The position numbers and the translations under genes are program-made. Under the pieces are notes generated by a model, which did not search any database, was not told the DNA's origin, and saw only the letters and a list, made by a program, of their open reading frames with translations. Positions 26,910-37,168 of a stretch of 64,000 nucleotides of DNA are shown here, in pieces. Source of the DNA: Acutalibacteraceae bacterium (GTDB lineage: Bacteria > Bacillota > Clostridia > Oscillospirales > Acutalibacteraceae); contig JAZROQ010000003.1 of assembly GCA_045648765.1 (NCBI GenBank), positions 2,965-66,964 of the forward strand, in the 5' to 3' direction. Position 1 is the stretch's first letter. Each line of letters begins with the position of its first letter.

Positions 26910-27488
26910 TTATTTTTCGTTTTTAAAATATTCGCGGTTTTGCCACACGTATTCCACGCCCGCAATCAGTGTCAGCACCACCGAAATCCAAATAAAAACC
27001 TGTCCCACCACAAGCGGTACCGAAAAAGCGGCAGCGGGGAGAGAAAGAAAGCTTTGCCACGTGGAAAATTCCATGGCGGTTAAGGTGTAAATAATGGCAA
27101 CAAACTGTGCCACGGTTTTCAGTTTGCCCCAATAGCTTGCGGCAATCACTTTGCCGTCTTTGGCGGCAATCAAGCGCACCGAAGTCACCATGAATTCGCG
27201 CGTGAGCACCAAAAACAGCGCCCACACGTCCATTTGCCCTTTTGCCATAAACAGCAAAAAGGCGGCGGTGGTCAACATTTTATCGGCAAGCGGGTCCAAA
27301 AATTTGCCAAAATTGGTAATCAGCCCGCGCGCACGTGCAATTTTGCCATCGAACATGTCGGTCAGCGCTGCGGCAATAAACACAATGAGCGCCGCCGCAT
27401 AATGAAAAGGGAATTCCCACAAAGCCAGCACCAAAAACAGCGGTGCTAATATAATGCGCAATACAGTTAATTTGTTTGGTAAATTCAT
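26910..27488 (-). CDS. pgsA: CDP-diacylglycerol--glycerol-3-phosphate 3-phosphatidyltransferase
   Basis: MNLPNKLTVLRI...DMFDGKIARARGLITNFGKFLDPLADK is the CDP-alcohol phosphatidyltransferase motif. It overlaps rimO by 4 nt. Confidence 0.9.
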   Translation of the reverse strand: MNLPNKLTVLRIILAPLFLVLALWEFPFHYAAALIVFIAAALTDMFDGKIARARGLITNFGKFLDPLADKMLTTAAFLLFMAKGQMDVWALFLVLTREFMVTSVRLIAAKDGKVIAASYWGKLKTVAQFVAIIYTLTAMEFSTWQSFLSLPAAAFSVPLVVGQVFIWISVVLTLIAGVEYVWQNREYFKNEK

Positions 27489-28807
27489 ACTTGTTCCCCC
27501 ACTAAATCCCAATCCATTGCTTCGGTAATGCGCACGTTGATGATTTCACCGGGCGCTATGCGACCTTTGGCAGTAAAAAACACTTTTCCGTCAATGTCGG
27601 GTGCGTCGGCGGCGGTGCGTCCAAACCAACATTCGGCGTACTTGTCAAACGCTTCCACCAACACTTGTTTTACCGTGCCGATTTGTTCTTCTTGATAGGC
27701 AGCAGCAATGCGCGATTGCAATTCCATTACCACGTCGCGACGATGCGCTTTGACTTCTTCGTCAATTTGGTTTGCCATTTCGGCGGCGGCGGTCCCTTCT
27801 TCGCACGAAAAAGCAAAACACCCCAACCGTTCAAACTTCATTTCTTTGATAAACGCGCACAGTTCTTCAAAATCTTCTTCGGTTTCACCGGGGAAGCCTG
27901 TCATCACCGTGGTGCGCAACACGATGCCGCGCACTTTTTGGCGCACGTTGTTAATTTGCGCGGTTAAACGTTCTTTGTTGCCCACACGGTTCATGGCGCG
28001 CAACACGTTGCCGCTGGCATGTTGAATGGGCAAATCCATGTATTTCACAATTTTATCTTGTTTTGCCATCACGTCGAGCAGTTCGTCGGTGATGTGCTCG
28101 GAATAGCAATACATCAACCGAATCCACTGAATCCCATCAATCTCGCACAAGCGGTCAAGCAACTGCGGTAACTCCGATTTGCCGCTGCGGTCCACACCGT
28201 AAACGGTGGTATCTTGCGCAATGACCACCAGTTCTTTCACGCCGTTTTGCGCCAGTGTGCGCGCTTCTTGCACCACGGCTTCCATCGAGCGACTGCGCAG
28301 CCCACCGCGAATGGAGGGGATGGCGCAATACGCGCAACGGTTGTCGCAACCGTCGGCAATGCGCAAATAGGCAAAAAAGTGCGGTGTGGTTTGCACACGT
28401 TCGCCATCCAATTCCCAACGAGAAAGTGGGGGAAACGAAGCAACCGTTTCGCCGTTTAACACGGCGCGTACCGCTTCGACAATATCCACGTTGGCGCCAA
28501 GCCCTAACACGGCATCACATTCGGGCAGTTCGTTGCACAATTCTTGTTGGTAGCGTTGTGAAAGACACCCTGTGACAATCAGTTTTTTGATTTGCCCTTC
28601 TTTTTTCAGTTGGGCAAATTCCAAAATATTTTCAATTGCTTCGCGTTTGGCATCCTCGATAAACCCGCAGGTGTTCACAATCACCACGTCGGCTAAACCG
28701 CTTTCGGCAGTCAGGGTAAACCCCGCTGCTTCCAGTTTGGCTAACATGAGTTCGGCATCCATTTGGTTTTTGGGACAGCCAAGCGAAACCATTCCCACTT
28801 TAATCAT
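27485..28807 (-). CDS. rimO: Ribosomal protein S12 methylthiotransferase
   Basis: [17 protein letters not shown] and the radical-SAM motif CDNRCAYC, followed by a TRAM-like C-terminus. GGAGGAGC RBS. Confidence 0.88.
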   Translation of the reverse strand: MIKVGMVSLGCPKNQMDAELMLAKLEAAGFTLTAESGLADVVIVNTCGFIEDAKREAIENILEFAQLKKEGQIKKLIVTGCLSQRYQQELCNELPECDAVLGLGANVDIVEAVRAVLNGETVASFPPLSRWELDGERVQTTPHFFAYLRIADGCDNRCAYCAIPSIRGGLRSRSMEAVVQEARTLAQNGVKELVVIAQDTTVYGVDRSGKSELPQLLDRLCEIDGIQWIRLMYCYSEHITDELLDVMAKQDKIVKYMDLPIQHASGNVLRAMNRVGNKERLTAQINNVRQKVRGIVLRTTVMTGFPGETEEDFEELCAFIKEMKFERLGCFAFSCEEGTAAAEMANQIDEEVKAHRRDVVMELQSRIAAAYQEEQIGTVKQVLVEAFDKYAECWFGRTAADAPDIDGKVFFTAKGRIAPGEIINVRITEAMDWDLVGEQV

Positions 28808-29420
28808 TGTTTTGCTCCTCCGAAAAAGCCGCAAGTGCGCGGCGCACTGTATCGTGCGAAAAACCATAGCGTGCCATTGCGGCAGCTGCACGGTCATCGC
28901 CAACAGTATACCGTTTTTTGCGCAAAAATTCAAGTGCCAGTTGCCAATCTTCTTTTTCGATCGTTTTTACGGCTTCGGCGGCAATGTCGCGGGCAATCCC
29001 TTTTTCGCAAAGTGCTTGTTCGGCGCGGCGGTGCGGGTAGCATTTTTCCAAACAAAAACGACGTGCCAACCGCTCGGCATACGCTTTGTCGTTAACGTAG
29101 CCGTATTCTTCCATGGCAGCGGCGGCTTGCCTTGCCGCTTCGCGGTTGTCGACAACAAAACGCCCACCCTCGCGGCACAAGCGTTGTTCCAGCTCTTTGC
29201 GGGAATAATCGCGCTTCGAAAGCAAAAAAATCGCTTTGTTGCGTGCCCGCCGTTTTTGGGAGGCGGCTACCAATTCTTCTATCTGTAAACGCGACAAAGA
29301 GGAACCCACCCCAAAGGGGGATTCCTCCCAAAGTCCTTTATCGATTACCGTTTCTTCACCGTTGTCAAACAAAAGTGTCACACGGCTTTGTCGCGCGGGT
29401 TTTACCGCGGTAATAATCAT
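28800..29420 (-). CDS. recX: Recombination regulator RecX
   Basis: 206 aa, three-repeat helical protein (...[16 protein letters not shown]...). ATGA overlap with the recA stop. Confidence 0.8.
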   Translation of the reverse strand: MIITAVKPARQSRVTLLFDNGEETVIDKGLWEESPFGVGSSLSRLQIEELVAASQKRRARNKAIFLLSKRDYSRKELEQRLCREGGRFVVDNREAARQAAAAMEEYGYVNDKAYAERLARRFCLEKCYPHRRAEQALCEKGIARDIAAEAVKTIEKEDWQLALEFLRKKRYTVGDDRAAAAMARYGFSHDTVRRALAAFSEEQNND

Positions 29421-30562
29421 TCGTCGTCCACCACAATGTCAATTTTGGCACGTGCGGTATTGGCGGTGTATTGCGCCGCCGCACTAATCGGAATTTCCAC
29501 CGGTGCTGCGGCGGGTTGCACCGCTTCGTCACCTTTGTTTTGGATGGCAGCCAACACTTTTGCTTCGATTTCGGCAGCAAGTTCCGTGTCGCGTTCCAAA
29601 AATTCTTTTACGTTGTCGCGGCCTTGACCCAAGCGTTCCTCGTTGTACGAGAACCACGAACCCGATTTTTGAATAATTTCCAATTTAATGGCCAAATCCA
29701 ACAATTCGCCCATGCGCGAAATGCCTTTGCCGTACATGACGTCAAATTCGGCTTCTTTAAACGGCGGGGCCACTTTGTTTTTCACCACGCGAACGCGGGT
29801 GTGCGAACCGACGGGTTCACCCGCCACTTTCAGCGTTTCGGCACGGCGCACGTCCAAGCGCACCGAAGCATAATATTTCAGCGCGTTACCGCCGGCAGTA
29901 ACTTCGGGGTTGCCGTAAACCACGCCGACTTTCAAGCGCAATTGGTTGATAAACACGGCAACACAACCGGTTTTGCCCACGGCGCCTGCGAGTTTACGCA
30001 TGGCTTGCGACATAAGACGAGCTTGCAAACCCACGTGCGAATCGCCCATTTCGCCTTCGATTTCTTGACGGGGTACCAACGCGGCAACCGAGTCGATAAC
30101 CACCATGTCAATGGCGCCCGAACGAATGAGTGCCTCGGCAATTTCCAGCGCTTGTTCGCCGGTGTCGGGTTGCGAAACCAACAACGAGTCGACATCGACA
30201 CCCAGTGCACGAGCATACACAGGATCTAACGCGTGTTCCACGTCGATATAAGCGGCTTCGCCACCTTGCTTTTGCGTTTGCGCCACGGCGTGCAAAGCAA
30301 GCGTGGTTTTACCCGAAGCTTCGGGACCGTAAATTTCGACAATACGGCCGCGGGGGAAACCGCCCACGCCGAGTGCCAAATCCAACGTCAGCGAACCGGT
30401 GGGGATAACCTCTACGTTCATGCCGGCGTTTTCGCCCAAACGCATGACTGCGCCTTTACCGTAATTTTTTTCAATTTGTGCCAGTGCCGCTGCCAAAGCT
30501 TTTTGTTTGCTTTCGGAAGCTGCTGCCGGTTTATCGGTCAATTTTTTCTTTGCGTCTGCCAT
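29417..30562 (-). CDS. recA: Recombinase RecA
   Basis: [17 protein letters not shown] (Walker A), [11 protein letters not shown] and [36 protein letters not shown] trimmed the start to the ATG at 30562, which has an AGAGGAG RBS. Confidence 0.95.
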   Translation of the reverse strand: MADAKKKLTDKPAAASESKQKALAAALAQIEKNYGKGAVMRLGENAGMNVEVIPTGSLTLDLALGVGGFPRGRIVEIYGPEASGKTTLALHAVAQTQKQGGEAAYIDVEHALDPVYARALGVDVDSLLVSQPDTGEQALEIAEALIRSGAIDMVVIDSVAALVPRQEIEGEMGDSHVGLQARLMSQAMRKLAGAVGKTGCVAVFINQLRLKVGVVYGNPEVTAGGNALKYYASVRLDVRRAETLKVAGEPVGSHTRVRVVKNKVAPPFKEAEFDVMYGKGISRMGELLDLAIKLEIIQKSGSWFSYNEERLGQGRDNVKEFLERDTELAAEIEAKVLAAIQNKGDEAVQPAAAPVEIPISAAAQYTANTARAKIDIVVDDE

Positions 30563-30616
30563 GCGAATCTCCTCTTTCTGTCCCGCCAAAAGGCGTTTTC
30601 TACGATTACAACACCT

Positions 30617-30645
30617 ATTGTACCGCATTCTTTTTCAGAAATCAA
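30617..30645 (-). promoter_or_regulatory. Putative recA promoter (TTGATT-17-TACAAT)
   Basis: On the minus strand the -35 lies at 30645-30640 and the -10 at 30622-30617, with a 17-nt spacer. Confidence 0.55.
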
Positions 30646-30663
30646 GGGTTTTGACGAAAAAAA

Positions 30664-30677
30664 CGAACAAATGTTTG
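30664..30677. promoter_or_regulatory. Cheo/LexA (DinR) SOS box upstream of recA
   Basis: CGAACAAATGTTTG compared with the Firmicute consensus CGAACNNNNGTTCG has one mismatch. Confidence 0.6.
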
Positions 30678-30731
30678 GTTTTTTATTTGACAAAACGGAC
30701 CCCCCGCCGAAAAACCGGCGGGGGGATGGTG

Positions 30732-32741
30732 TTATACTCTGTTTTTAAGGATTTTGTAATAAACACTCTTTAGTTGGCAGCGTTCCAAAACGTCGCGTTC
30801 TTCCAAACGGACGTCGTGGGCGCCGGGGTGAACAACAGGGGTATAATGCAGCACCGCTTGTTGACACGCGGCATCTAATTTTTCCCAAATTTCTTCGTAG
30901 CCTTCGCCGCGGTACCATGCATTGCGGTATTGCAAGAACAGTACCAGCAATTCCATGGAATCAATACCGTATTTGAGCAGGCGCATATCTTCTTCTAACC
31001 GTTCCACATATTCACCCGCCAAGGCATAGCGCGTATCCAGCGGGTTAACGGCAAATCCCGGTACCAACACAACGTTTTTGCTGTGATGGATTAGTTGTTC
31101 GCGATGTACTCGTTTGAAAATCTCAAATGCTTCGCGCAACAATGCCAAAATTTCGTCGCCGCGTTTTTCGGCATTGCCCGCCAAGTGGTCGTCTTCTTTT
31201 AGCGGAGCGGTGGGTTTGTCGCCGTTCCAGCCGTATTGCAGTTGCATCAACACGCAATCCATGTTCCAGTTACGCCAACTGCTGATGTCGGCAAATGCCG
31301 ATTCGATCAAATCGTATGCTTTGCGAATCTCGTCGGCAGAATCGCCGTAACGGTCTTTATAATATTGTGTAATATAGGCGTCAACATCGGTGTTAATATC
31401 CCACGAAAGTTGCGCATATAACAGTTGGGTGATGTTGCGCACACCCCATTCCAGCATGGGCAGGTGCATATACGTCATGCCCGTAACGCCTTGTTTGTGA
31501 TAATACTTAATATCGTTACCAATGGTGCGGTTGAACAACAGCGGCAGATCTTCGAACTTGGAAACATTGTAATATTCGCCCATCATAATCGGAATATCGT
31601 GCCAACCCTCGAGCGCTTCGCGGAAACGATTGTTTTGTGCACAAGTCGGGTCATAGAATTGGTGCTCATAGCAACGATAGATGGGGTAATAGGTGATGCT
31701 GTCGCCCGAGTTGCGCAAGTTTTCGGGAATACCGTTAACCGGCGGTTGCAACGTGGCAGTACCCTCGTAGGCGCACATGCTGTATTTTACATCGTGGTCC
31801 AAGCGGCCTTCGGCAATGGCTTTGTCGGTGTAGTCGCGCAAGAAGGACAAGAAGTGAAGCATGGTATCACTGCCGTTACCGCGCGCTTTGCACGCGTCGC
31901 ATTGGCAGCATTTGCCCCAAGTATCAAAGCCCCACACGTCGATACGGTCGGCATCGTACCAGTCGGTGGTGGCACGGCGCAACACTTCCTCCGAAAGGAA
32001 GGTGAGCAATTCCTCGTTCGAGGTGCAAAATTGCGTGTTGAGCGCTTTGGATTTGTCGTCGGTGCCGTACCATTCGGGATGTGCTTCCCACAATGTACGG
32101 CCGTCTTTGGTGTAGTTATCGGGTTTTAATACCGCCTCGAAAATGTGACCGCCGTTTTTGAAAATCATGCCTAATTTCTTTTGGAATTTATGGGTATAAG
32201 GGCGGTAAGTGGCTAAGTTTAAGCGGTTACGCGCCATCCACAACCACAAACGCGGCGTATCTTTAAGCGGACCCTCAAAGTCAAAACCGCGAGCGAGCGG
32301 CATGGAGGGGGAATGACTCGATTCAGCGGTGGGAAGAACGAGGGGGGCACCCGGTGCGGGGACAATATCTTCGTTGGGGTTAAGCCAACGAATGCCCTGC
32401 ATGCGCAAAATCTCATACGCGCCGTACAGTGTGCCCACGCGGGTGGCGCCGCGCACCAAAACGCCATCTTTGGTGGGGGTAAGCACAAAATCGCACGCGT
32501 CGCCTTGTTCGCTGTCGACAGCCAACACAATGTTTTGTGCGCCTTCAACAACCGCATCGGCAAACGATACGTCGAACTGCAATTTTTTAAGATACGTTTC
32601 CAGCTCCGTTGCGGCAAACGAAACGGTACACCGCGTAGCGCGTGCATGGTCGCGGCGAAAATCAATGCTTTCTTCTTCCACCGCCCAAGCGTGTACGTTT
32701 TTTTCGACATCCGTATACGGAATCACAATGACAACAGACAT
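30732..32741 (-). CDS. Putative glycoside-hydrolase-like protein (DUF4838-like)
   Basis: 669 aa with an AAGGAGG RBS at the ATG at 32741. The N-terminal region ...RVGTLYGAYEILRMQGIRWLNPNE... resembles the GH20/GH67-type N-domain architecture as I recall it for DUF4838. I saw no signal peptide. Confidence 0.45.
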   Translation of the reverse strand: MSVVIVIPYTDVEKNVHAWAVEEESIDFRRDHARATRCTVSFAATELETYLKKLQFDVSFADAVVEGAQNIVLAVDSEQGDACDFVLTPTKDGVLVRGATRVGTLYGAYEILRMQGIRWLNPNEDIVPAPGAPLVLPTAESSHSPSMPLARGFDFEGPLKDTPRLWLWMARNRLNLATYRPYTHKFQKKLGMIFKNGGHIFEAVLKPDNYTKDGRTLWEAHPEWYGTDDKSKALNTQFCTSNEELLTFLSEEVLRRATTDWYDADRIDVWGFDTWGKCCQCDACKARGNGSDTMLHFLSFLRDYTDKAIAEGRLDHDVKYSMCAYEGTATLQPPVNGIPENLRNSGDSITYYPIYRCYEHQFYDPTCAQNNRFREALEGWHDIPIMMGEYYNVSKFEDLPLLFNRTIGNDIKYYHKQGVTGMTYMHLPMLEWGVRNITQLLYAQLSWDINTDVDAYITQYYKDRYGDSADEIRKAYDLIESAFADISSWRNWNMDCVLMQLQYGWNGDKPTAPLKEDDHLAGNAEKRGDEILALLREAFEIFKRVHREQLIHHSKNVVLVPGFAVNPLDTRYALAGEYVERLEEDMRLLKYGIDSMELLVLFLQYRNAWYRGEGYEEIWEKLDAACQQAVLHYTPVVHPGAHDVRLEERDVLERCQLKSVYYKILKNRV

Positions 32742-32885
32742 ACAGTAAACCTCCTTTTTACGGTTACAATGCCAATATACCACAATAATCTTCAAAATCA
32801 TAGCCCATTCTTGCTAAAAAATTGCAAAATCTTGCTGTTGAATTCCGGCACAAAATAAAAATCTTATTTTTTTGAAAAAACATGC

Positions 32886-32914
32886 TTGACAAACGGTGGG
32901 ACATACTATATAAT
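32886..32914 (+). promoter_or_regulatory. Consensus sigma-A promoter of the tRNA operon (TTGACA-17-TATAAT)
   Basis: TTGACA at 32886-32891, TATAAT at 32909-32914, exactly 17 nt apart. Confidence 0.75.
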
Positions 32915-32955
32915 GGTCAAGTCCCCTCGGAAAAGAACCGCAGGGTGTACGCCAT

Positions 32956-33032
32956 GGCTGTATAGCTCAGTTGGCTAGAGCACGCGGTTCATACCCGCGG
33001 TGTCACTGGTTCAAATCCAGTTACAGCCACCA
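32956..33032 (+). tRNA. tRNA-Met (CAT), elongator type
   Basis: Acceptor GGCTGTA/TACAGCC, anticodon arm CGCGG-TTCATAC-CCGCG, CCA encoded. G1-C72 rules out an initiator. An Ile2-lysidine tRNA is not excluded. Confidence 0.85.
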
Positions 33033-33036
33033 ACAT

Positions 33037-33111
33037 GGCCCGATGGTCAAGCGGTTAAGACACCGCCCTTTCACGGCGGTAACACGGGTTCGATTCCCGT
33101 TCGGGTCACCA
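33037..33111 (+). tRNA. tRNA-Glu (TTC)
   Basis: GGCCCGATGGTCAAGCGGTTAAGAC..., anticodon arm CCGCC-CTTTCAC-GGCGG, CCA encoded. It starts 4 nt after tRNA-Met. Confidence 0.9.
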
Positions 33112-33149
33112 TTTTTCTTTTTGGTCGTTGCAGCAGCGACGGCTGATTC

Positions 33150-33226
33150 GGGCGTATAGCTCAGCTGGTTAGAGCGCCTGCTTCACACGCAGGAGGTCAG
33201 CGGTTCGAGTCCGTTTACGCCCACCA
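33150..33226 (+). tRNA. tRNA-Val (CAC)
   Basis: Acceptor GGGCGTA/TACGCCC, anticodon arm CCTGC-TTCACAC-GCAGG, CCA encoded. Confidence 0.9.
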
Positions 33227-33240
33227 CTTATTGTGATTAA

Positions 33241-33271
33241 AAAAGACAGTTCGTTTTGAACTGTCTTTTTT
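33241..33271 (+). terminator. Terminator of the tRNA operon
   Basis: AAAAGACAGTTC-GTTTT-GAACTGTCTTTT followed by a T-run. Confidence 0.75.
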
Positions 33272-33284
33272 GTTTTATTTTGCA

Positions 33285-33318
33285 AAACCGCCCTCTGCTC
33301 AACAGAGGGCGGTTTTTT
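33285..33318. terminator. Second, bidirectional terminator overlapping the MFS stop codon
   Basis: AACCGCCCTCTG-CTCAA-CAGAGGGCGGTT flanked by A-run and T-run. Confidence 0.7.
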
Positions 33319-34588
33319 ATGTGTTTGCTGCTTGTGTGAGCAGAGCGTTTTTATCTTTGTAGGCTTTGCTGATAACGAGCTGAAAACCAACGGAAACCAG
33401 CAGCATCAACACGCAGAAAAACCAAAAACAAGGCACGTATGTGCCGTATTTATCAAAATAGAAATTCCCCAGCGGTGAGCCCAAGCAAAGTCCCATCGAA
33501 TTGGCTGCCATAAAAATGCCCAACACTTTGTTGTAGGCTTTGGCACCAAACAATTCGTTAGAAAGCAGCGGAAGCATGACCGTTTCGAGCGGCAAGGCAA
33601 AGCTGGTGCAGCTAACGGCAATGATAGCAAACACCATACCGAGTGTGGAATCGTTGAGCAACGCTTTAAGCGCAAAGGCGACCATTGACAAACCGTGGCA
33701 CATAAGCAGCGTAAACCGCAACCCGCGTTTGTCAAACGTAAAGCCCACCAAAAACTTGGAAACGGTAAGCGTGAGCGAAGAAATGGTGGCTGTTGTGGCT
33801 ACAAATCCGGCGCTTAATCCCACGTCGGTCATGTGGGCAATGCTGATACTGCCGATGCTTTGCAAACTGATGCCGGTCAAAAACACCATAACGGCGGTGA
33901 GATAAAAATACGGTTTGCGCTTGATGACCTCGTACGGCAAACCGTTCCACAGTTCACCGCGCACTTTTTTGCCGGCGGTGGTTGCAGCTGTGCTTTCGGC
34001 AGGCTTTTCTTTGAGAAACAACACAACGACCACACAAAACGCCAAGGTGATGGCGGCGGATAACAAATAGGCTTTGCGGTAACCGAAAGTTTCGCCGTTG
34101 TTGATGATAGGCGAAATGATTTGCGCTGCCGCAGCGCCCCCGATGCCGTTTGCCGACATGACAATACCGATATATTTGCCCAAATCTTTGTCGAACCACC
34201 GCCGAATAATGGTGCTTGCCATGGTACCGCCCATCAGCACAATGCCAAAGCCCCAAAACACACTGCCCAAAAAGATGCCCCAAATGTTGGTGGCGACAGC
34301 ACGCAAAAAAACCGAAAGTGCCAGTGCGATACCGCCGACACACACCGGTTTTTTCAGGCCGAAGTGTTGGGTGATGGTGCCAAACGACAATGCGGTGAGC
34401 GTTTGCACAACGTAACGGATACTTTCGTTAAAAGAATACAAACTGCGCGGGATTTCCAGCGCTGTGGTAACGGGTACCAAGTAAAGTCCCACGTTACTGC
34501 TGCAAAACCCAAGACAAACAAATTCCATAAAGAAACAGACAATCAAAATAACCCATTTATAATCGAGTTTTTCGCGCCATTTTTGCAT
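33317..34588 (-). CDS. MFS transporter
   Basis: 423 aa with about 12 TM segments. The layout is typical MFS, with a loop containing RRWFDKDLGKYIG. Confidence 0.8.
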   Translation of the reverse strand: MQKWREKLDYKWVILIVCFFMEFVCLGFCSSNVGLYLVPVTTALEIPRSLYSFNESIRYVVQTLTALSFGTITQHFGLKKPVCVGGIALALSVFLRAVATNIWGIFLGSVFWGFGIVLMGGTMASTIIRRWFDKDLGKYIGIVMSANGIGGAAAAQIISPIINNGETFGYRKAYLLSAAITLAFCVVVVLFLKEKPAESTAATTAGKKVRGELWNGLPYEVIKRKPYFYLTAVMVFLTGISLQSIGSISIAHMTDVGLSAGFVATTATISSLTLTVSKFLVGFTFDKRGLRFTLLMCHGLSMVAFALKALLNDSTLGMVFAIIAVSCTSFALPLETVMLPLLSNELFGAKAYNKVLGIFMAANSMGLCLGSPLGNFYFDKYGTYVPCFWFFCVLMLLVSVGFQLVISKAYKDKNALLTQAANT

Positions 34589-34671
34589 AATCCCACGTCC
34601 CCTCGGTGAAAGTATAACACTAAGACGTGCATTACGCCATTACACAGTATTTATCCGAGCATAACAAAAAC

Positions 34672-35565
34672 TTAATGCAAATCGCCGTAAAATTTTTGAG
34701 CAAAGGTCAAAAAAGCTTGTTCGTGCGGCAACAGCGGATGATCTTTGCGCCAATACAGGCGCGCCACCCACGGCTCGAACGGATCGTCAAGCGGGATATA
34801 CCGCACGTTAGCAGAAAACAAATGACTGACATTTTGCGAAGCAAACGAAACGCCCATGCCGCTTGCAACCATCCGTTGTCGCGCCACGTACGAATAAAAG
34901 GTGTCGGTGGGGTAGGGAATACCGCTGTGCTCGAACAGTTGCATCAAACGGTCGCTCAATGAAGAACCGGGGTTGGGCATAAACAGTTTGTCATTGGCAA
35001 GTGCAGACAGACTAACAACGGTTTCGTTTGCCAGCGGGTGGTCTTTGTGTAACATGGCGACAGGATTGGCAGAAAACAAGAACACGCTGTCCAATTCTTC
35101 ATTGAAAGCGGGCGGGATCTCGTTTTCGTAAGCAAGTAAAAACCGACAGTGGGGAGAAAGTCCGTTTTCGGCAAGGTCGGCGATGGATGTTGCGGAACAC
35201 GCCATGGTGTAGTCGGGCGATTCCAAAGTGAACGCGGTTATCAGTTCCACCCAAATTACCGTATTAACGCTGATAAGTGAAATACTGTTTTGGTGTTGCG
35301 CCAAGCTTTGTTGGAGTTCCAGCTTGGCGTTTTCCAAGTTAGAAAGAATTTGGTTAGTGTGTTTTAAAAATATTTTTCCTTGCGCGTTTAACACAATGCG
35401 GTTACCCGCGCGGTCAAACAACCGCACCCCCAATTCTTTTTCCAAGCGGGAAACAGAGGTGCTCAAAGCGGGTGCCGAAACAAACAGTGACTCGGCGGCT
35501 TCGTTAATTTTGCCGATGGTTGCCACCGCTTTAAAATATTTGAGTTGTTGTATATCCATTTCCAT
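34672..35565 (-). CDS. LysR family transcriptional regulator
   Basis: MEMDIQQLKYFKAVATIGKINEAAESLFVSAPALSTSVSRLEKELGVRLFDR is the LysR HTH. The ATG at 35559 is an equally plausible start. The ORF-track N-terminal extension is rejected. Confidence 0.85.
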   Translation of the reverse strand: MEMDIQQLKYFKAVATIGKINEAAESLFVSAPALSTSVSRLEKELGVRLFDRAGNRIVLNAQGKIFLKHTNQILSNLENAKLELQQSLAQHQNSISLISVNTVIWVELITAFTLESPDYTMACSATSIADLAENGLSPHCRFLLAYENEIPPAFNEELDSVFLFSANPVAMLHKDHPLANETVVSLSALANDKLFMPNPGSSLSDRLMQLFEHSGIPYPTDTFYSYVARQRMVASGMGVSFASQNVSHLFSANVRYIPLDDPFEPWVARLYWRKDHPLLPHEQAFLTFAQKFYGDLH

Positions 35566-35715
35566 CAACCTCCGTTTGTTTTGATTATAGCGTTTTGACG
35601 ATGGGTTTGCAAGGTATACACGACAAAACTTTTGTTTTTCAGACGGCGAAATTCTGCCAAAAACGCGCGGACAAGCCTGTATGATAAAAGAGAAGATAAA
35701 GGGAGGCATAAAACT

Positions 35716-36069
35716 ATGGTAATACGTATGGATGCGGCACCGTCGGGGTTGACGGTGTGGCTTTCGGGAGAGCTCGACCATCACTCGGCACGGTCACTTC
35801 GCGAACAGGTCGATGCCGCAGTGGCACGTTCCGATGCCAAACTGTTGCGGCTTGATTTTTCGGGCGTGACGTTTATGGACAGTTCGGGGATCGGACTGAT
35901 TATGGGGCGGTATCGGCTGATGCAATCTCGTGGCGGAAAATTGTTGGTGGTCGGCACAAGCGACCGCTTGCTGCGCGTGATGAAATTGGCGGGATTGGAG
36001 CGTTTGCCGGTGTGGGAAACGGCACCGACAACAGAAAACAAAAAGAAACAGGGGGCAGTCAAACGATGA
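35716..36069 (+). CDS. spoIIAA: Anti-sigma-F factor antagonist (STAS domain)
   Basis: GELDHHSARSLRE...LDFSGVTFMDSSGIGLIMGRY is the STAS phospho-Ser context. AAGGGAGG RBS. Confidence 0.85.
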   Translation: MVIRMDAAPSGLTVWLSGELDHHSARSLREQVDAAVARSDAKLLRLDFSGVTFMDSSGIGLIMGRYRLMQSRGGKLLVVGTSDRLLRVMKLAGLERLPVWETAPTTENKKKQGAVKR

Positions 36070-36518
36070 AAAAACCAATAAACGAAATGAGAGTATCTTT
36101 TCCCAGCCGTTCGGCAAACGAGGGATTTGCCCGTTCGGTGGTGGCTTCGTTTTTATCACAACTCGATCCGGCGGTGGACGAACTTGCCGATTTGCGCACC
36201 GCGGTTTCGGAAGCGGTGACCAATTGCATTGTTCACGCCTATCGTGACGAAATCGGCACCATTACCATTCACATGAAACTGTATGCCGATGGTCGCACGG
36301 TGGTCAAAGTTCGTGACCGCGGCTGTGGCATTGACAACGTCAACCAAGCCATGGAACCGCTGTTTACCACCGGCGGTGATGACCGTTCGGGACTTGGGTT
36401 TTCGGTTATGGAAAGTTTTACCGACCGTTTGCGGGTATCGTCGCGACTCGGTAGGGGCACGGTTGTGACCATGGAAAAATACATAGCGGTACGCCATCGG
36501 CAAGAGAGGGCAGTGTGA
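36066..36518 (+). CDS. spoIIAB: Anti-sigma-F factor (serine kinase)
   Basis: ATGA overlap with spoIIAA. NEGFAR...EAVTNCIVHAY...VRDRGCGI...ERSGLGF are HATPase motifs. Confidence 0.88.
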   Translation: MKKPINEMRVSFPSRSANEGFARSVVASFLSQLDPAVDELADLRTAVSEAVTNCIVHAYRDEIGTITIHMKLYADGRTVVKVRDRGCGIDNVNQAMEPLFTTGGDDRSGLGFSVMESFTDRLRVSSRLGRGTVVTMEKYIAVRHRQERAV

Positions 36519-37168
36519 GTGACAGAGAACGCAATATTTGCGATAATATGGGGCTGGTGCACACCTGTGCCCGACGTTTTACGGGGCGGGGTATCGAATA
36601 CGACGATTTGTTCCAAGCGGGGTGCATGGGACTTGTAAAAGCGGTAGACGGTTTTGACGAAAGCCGAGGACTTAAATTTTCCACCTATGCCGTTCCGGTG
36701 ATATTGGGAGAAATCCGCCGCTTGTTTCGCGATGGCGGTACTGTCAAAGTCAGTCGCACGCTCAAAGAATTGTCGCTCAAAATCACTCGCGAACGCGAAA
36801 CCTTTTTCAAGCGCGAAGGCCGTGAACCTGATGTGGGGGAACTGGCAGCGGCACTCGGCGTGGAACGCGAACAGGCGGCTTTGGCGCTGGGGGCTTCGCT
36901 GCCCGCTTTGTCGCTCACACGTGGGGAAGAAGAAGGCGACGAAATCGACATTCCCATTGCCCCGCCCGAAGAACACATCACCGACCGTTTGGCACTGCAA
37001 CAAGTGTTGGGGGAACTCGAACCCAATGACCGTTCGCTGATTTATTTGCGGTATTTTCGACGGCAAACACAACAAGTCACCGCCGAAAAACTGGGCATGA
37101 CACAAGTGCAAGTGTCACGTCGTGAACGTGCTATTTTGGGACAACTGCGCCGCCGACTTTCGGGATGA
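36515..37168 (+). CDS. sigF: Sporulation sigma factor F (sigma-70 family)
   Basis: GTGA overlap with spoIIAB. DDLFQAGCMGLVKAVDGFDESRGLKFSTYAVPVILGEIRR is region 2. The C-terminal region 4 HTH is QTQQVTAEKLGMTQVQVSRRE. Confidence 0.85.
   Translation: MSDRERNICDNMGLVHTCARRFTGRGIEYDDLFQAGCMGLVKAVDGFDESRGLKFSTYAVPVILGEIRRLFRDGGTVKVSRTLKELSLKITRERETFFKREGREPDVGELAAALGVEREQAALALGASLPALSLTRGEEEGDEIDIPIAPPEEHITDRLALQQVLGELEPNDRSLIYLRYFRRQTQQVTAEKLGMTQVQVSRRERAILGQLRRRLSG

Noticed and set aside
35566-35715. Spo0A box or sigma-H promoter upstream of spoIIAA
   Set aside because: I could not find a convincing TGTCGAA-type 0A box or an RNAGGAWWW-N14-RNNGAAT arrangement by eye. It is left unannotated.
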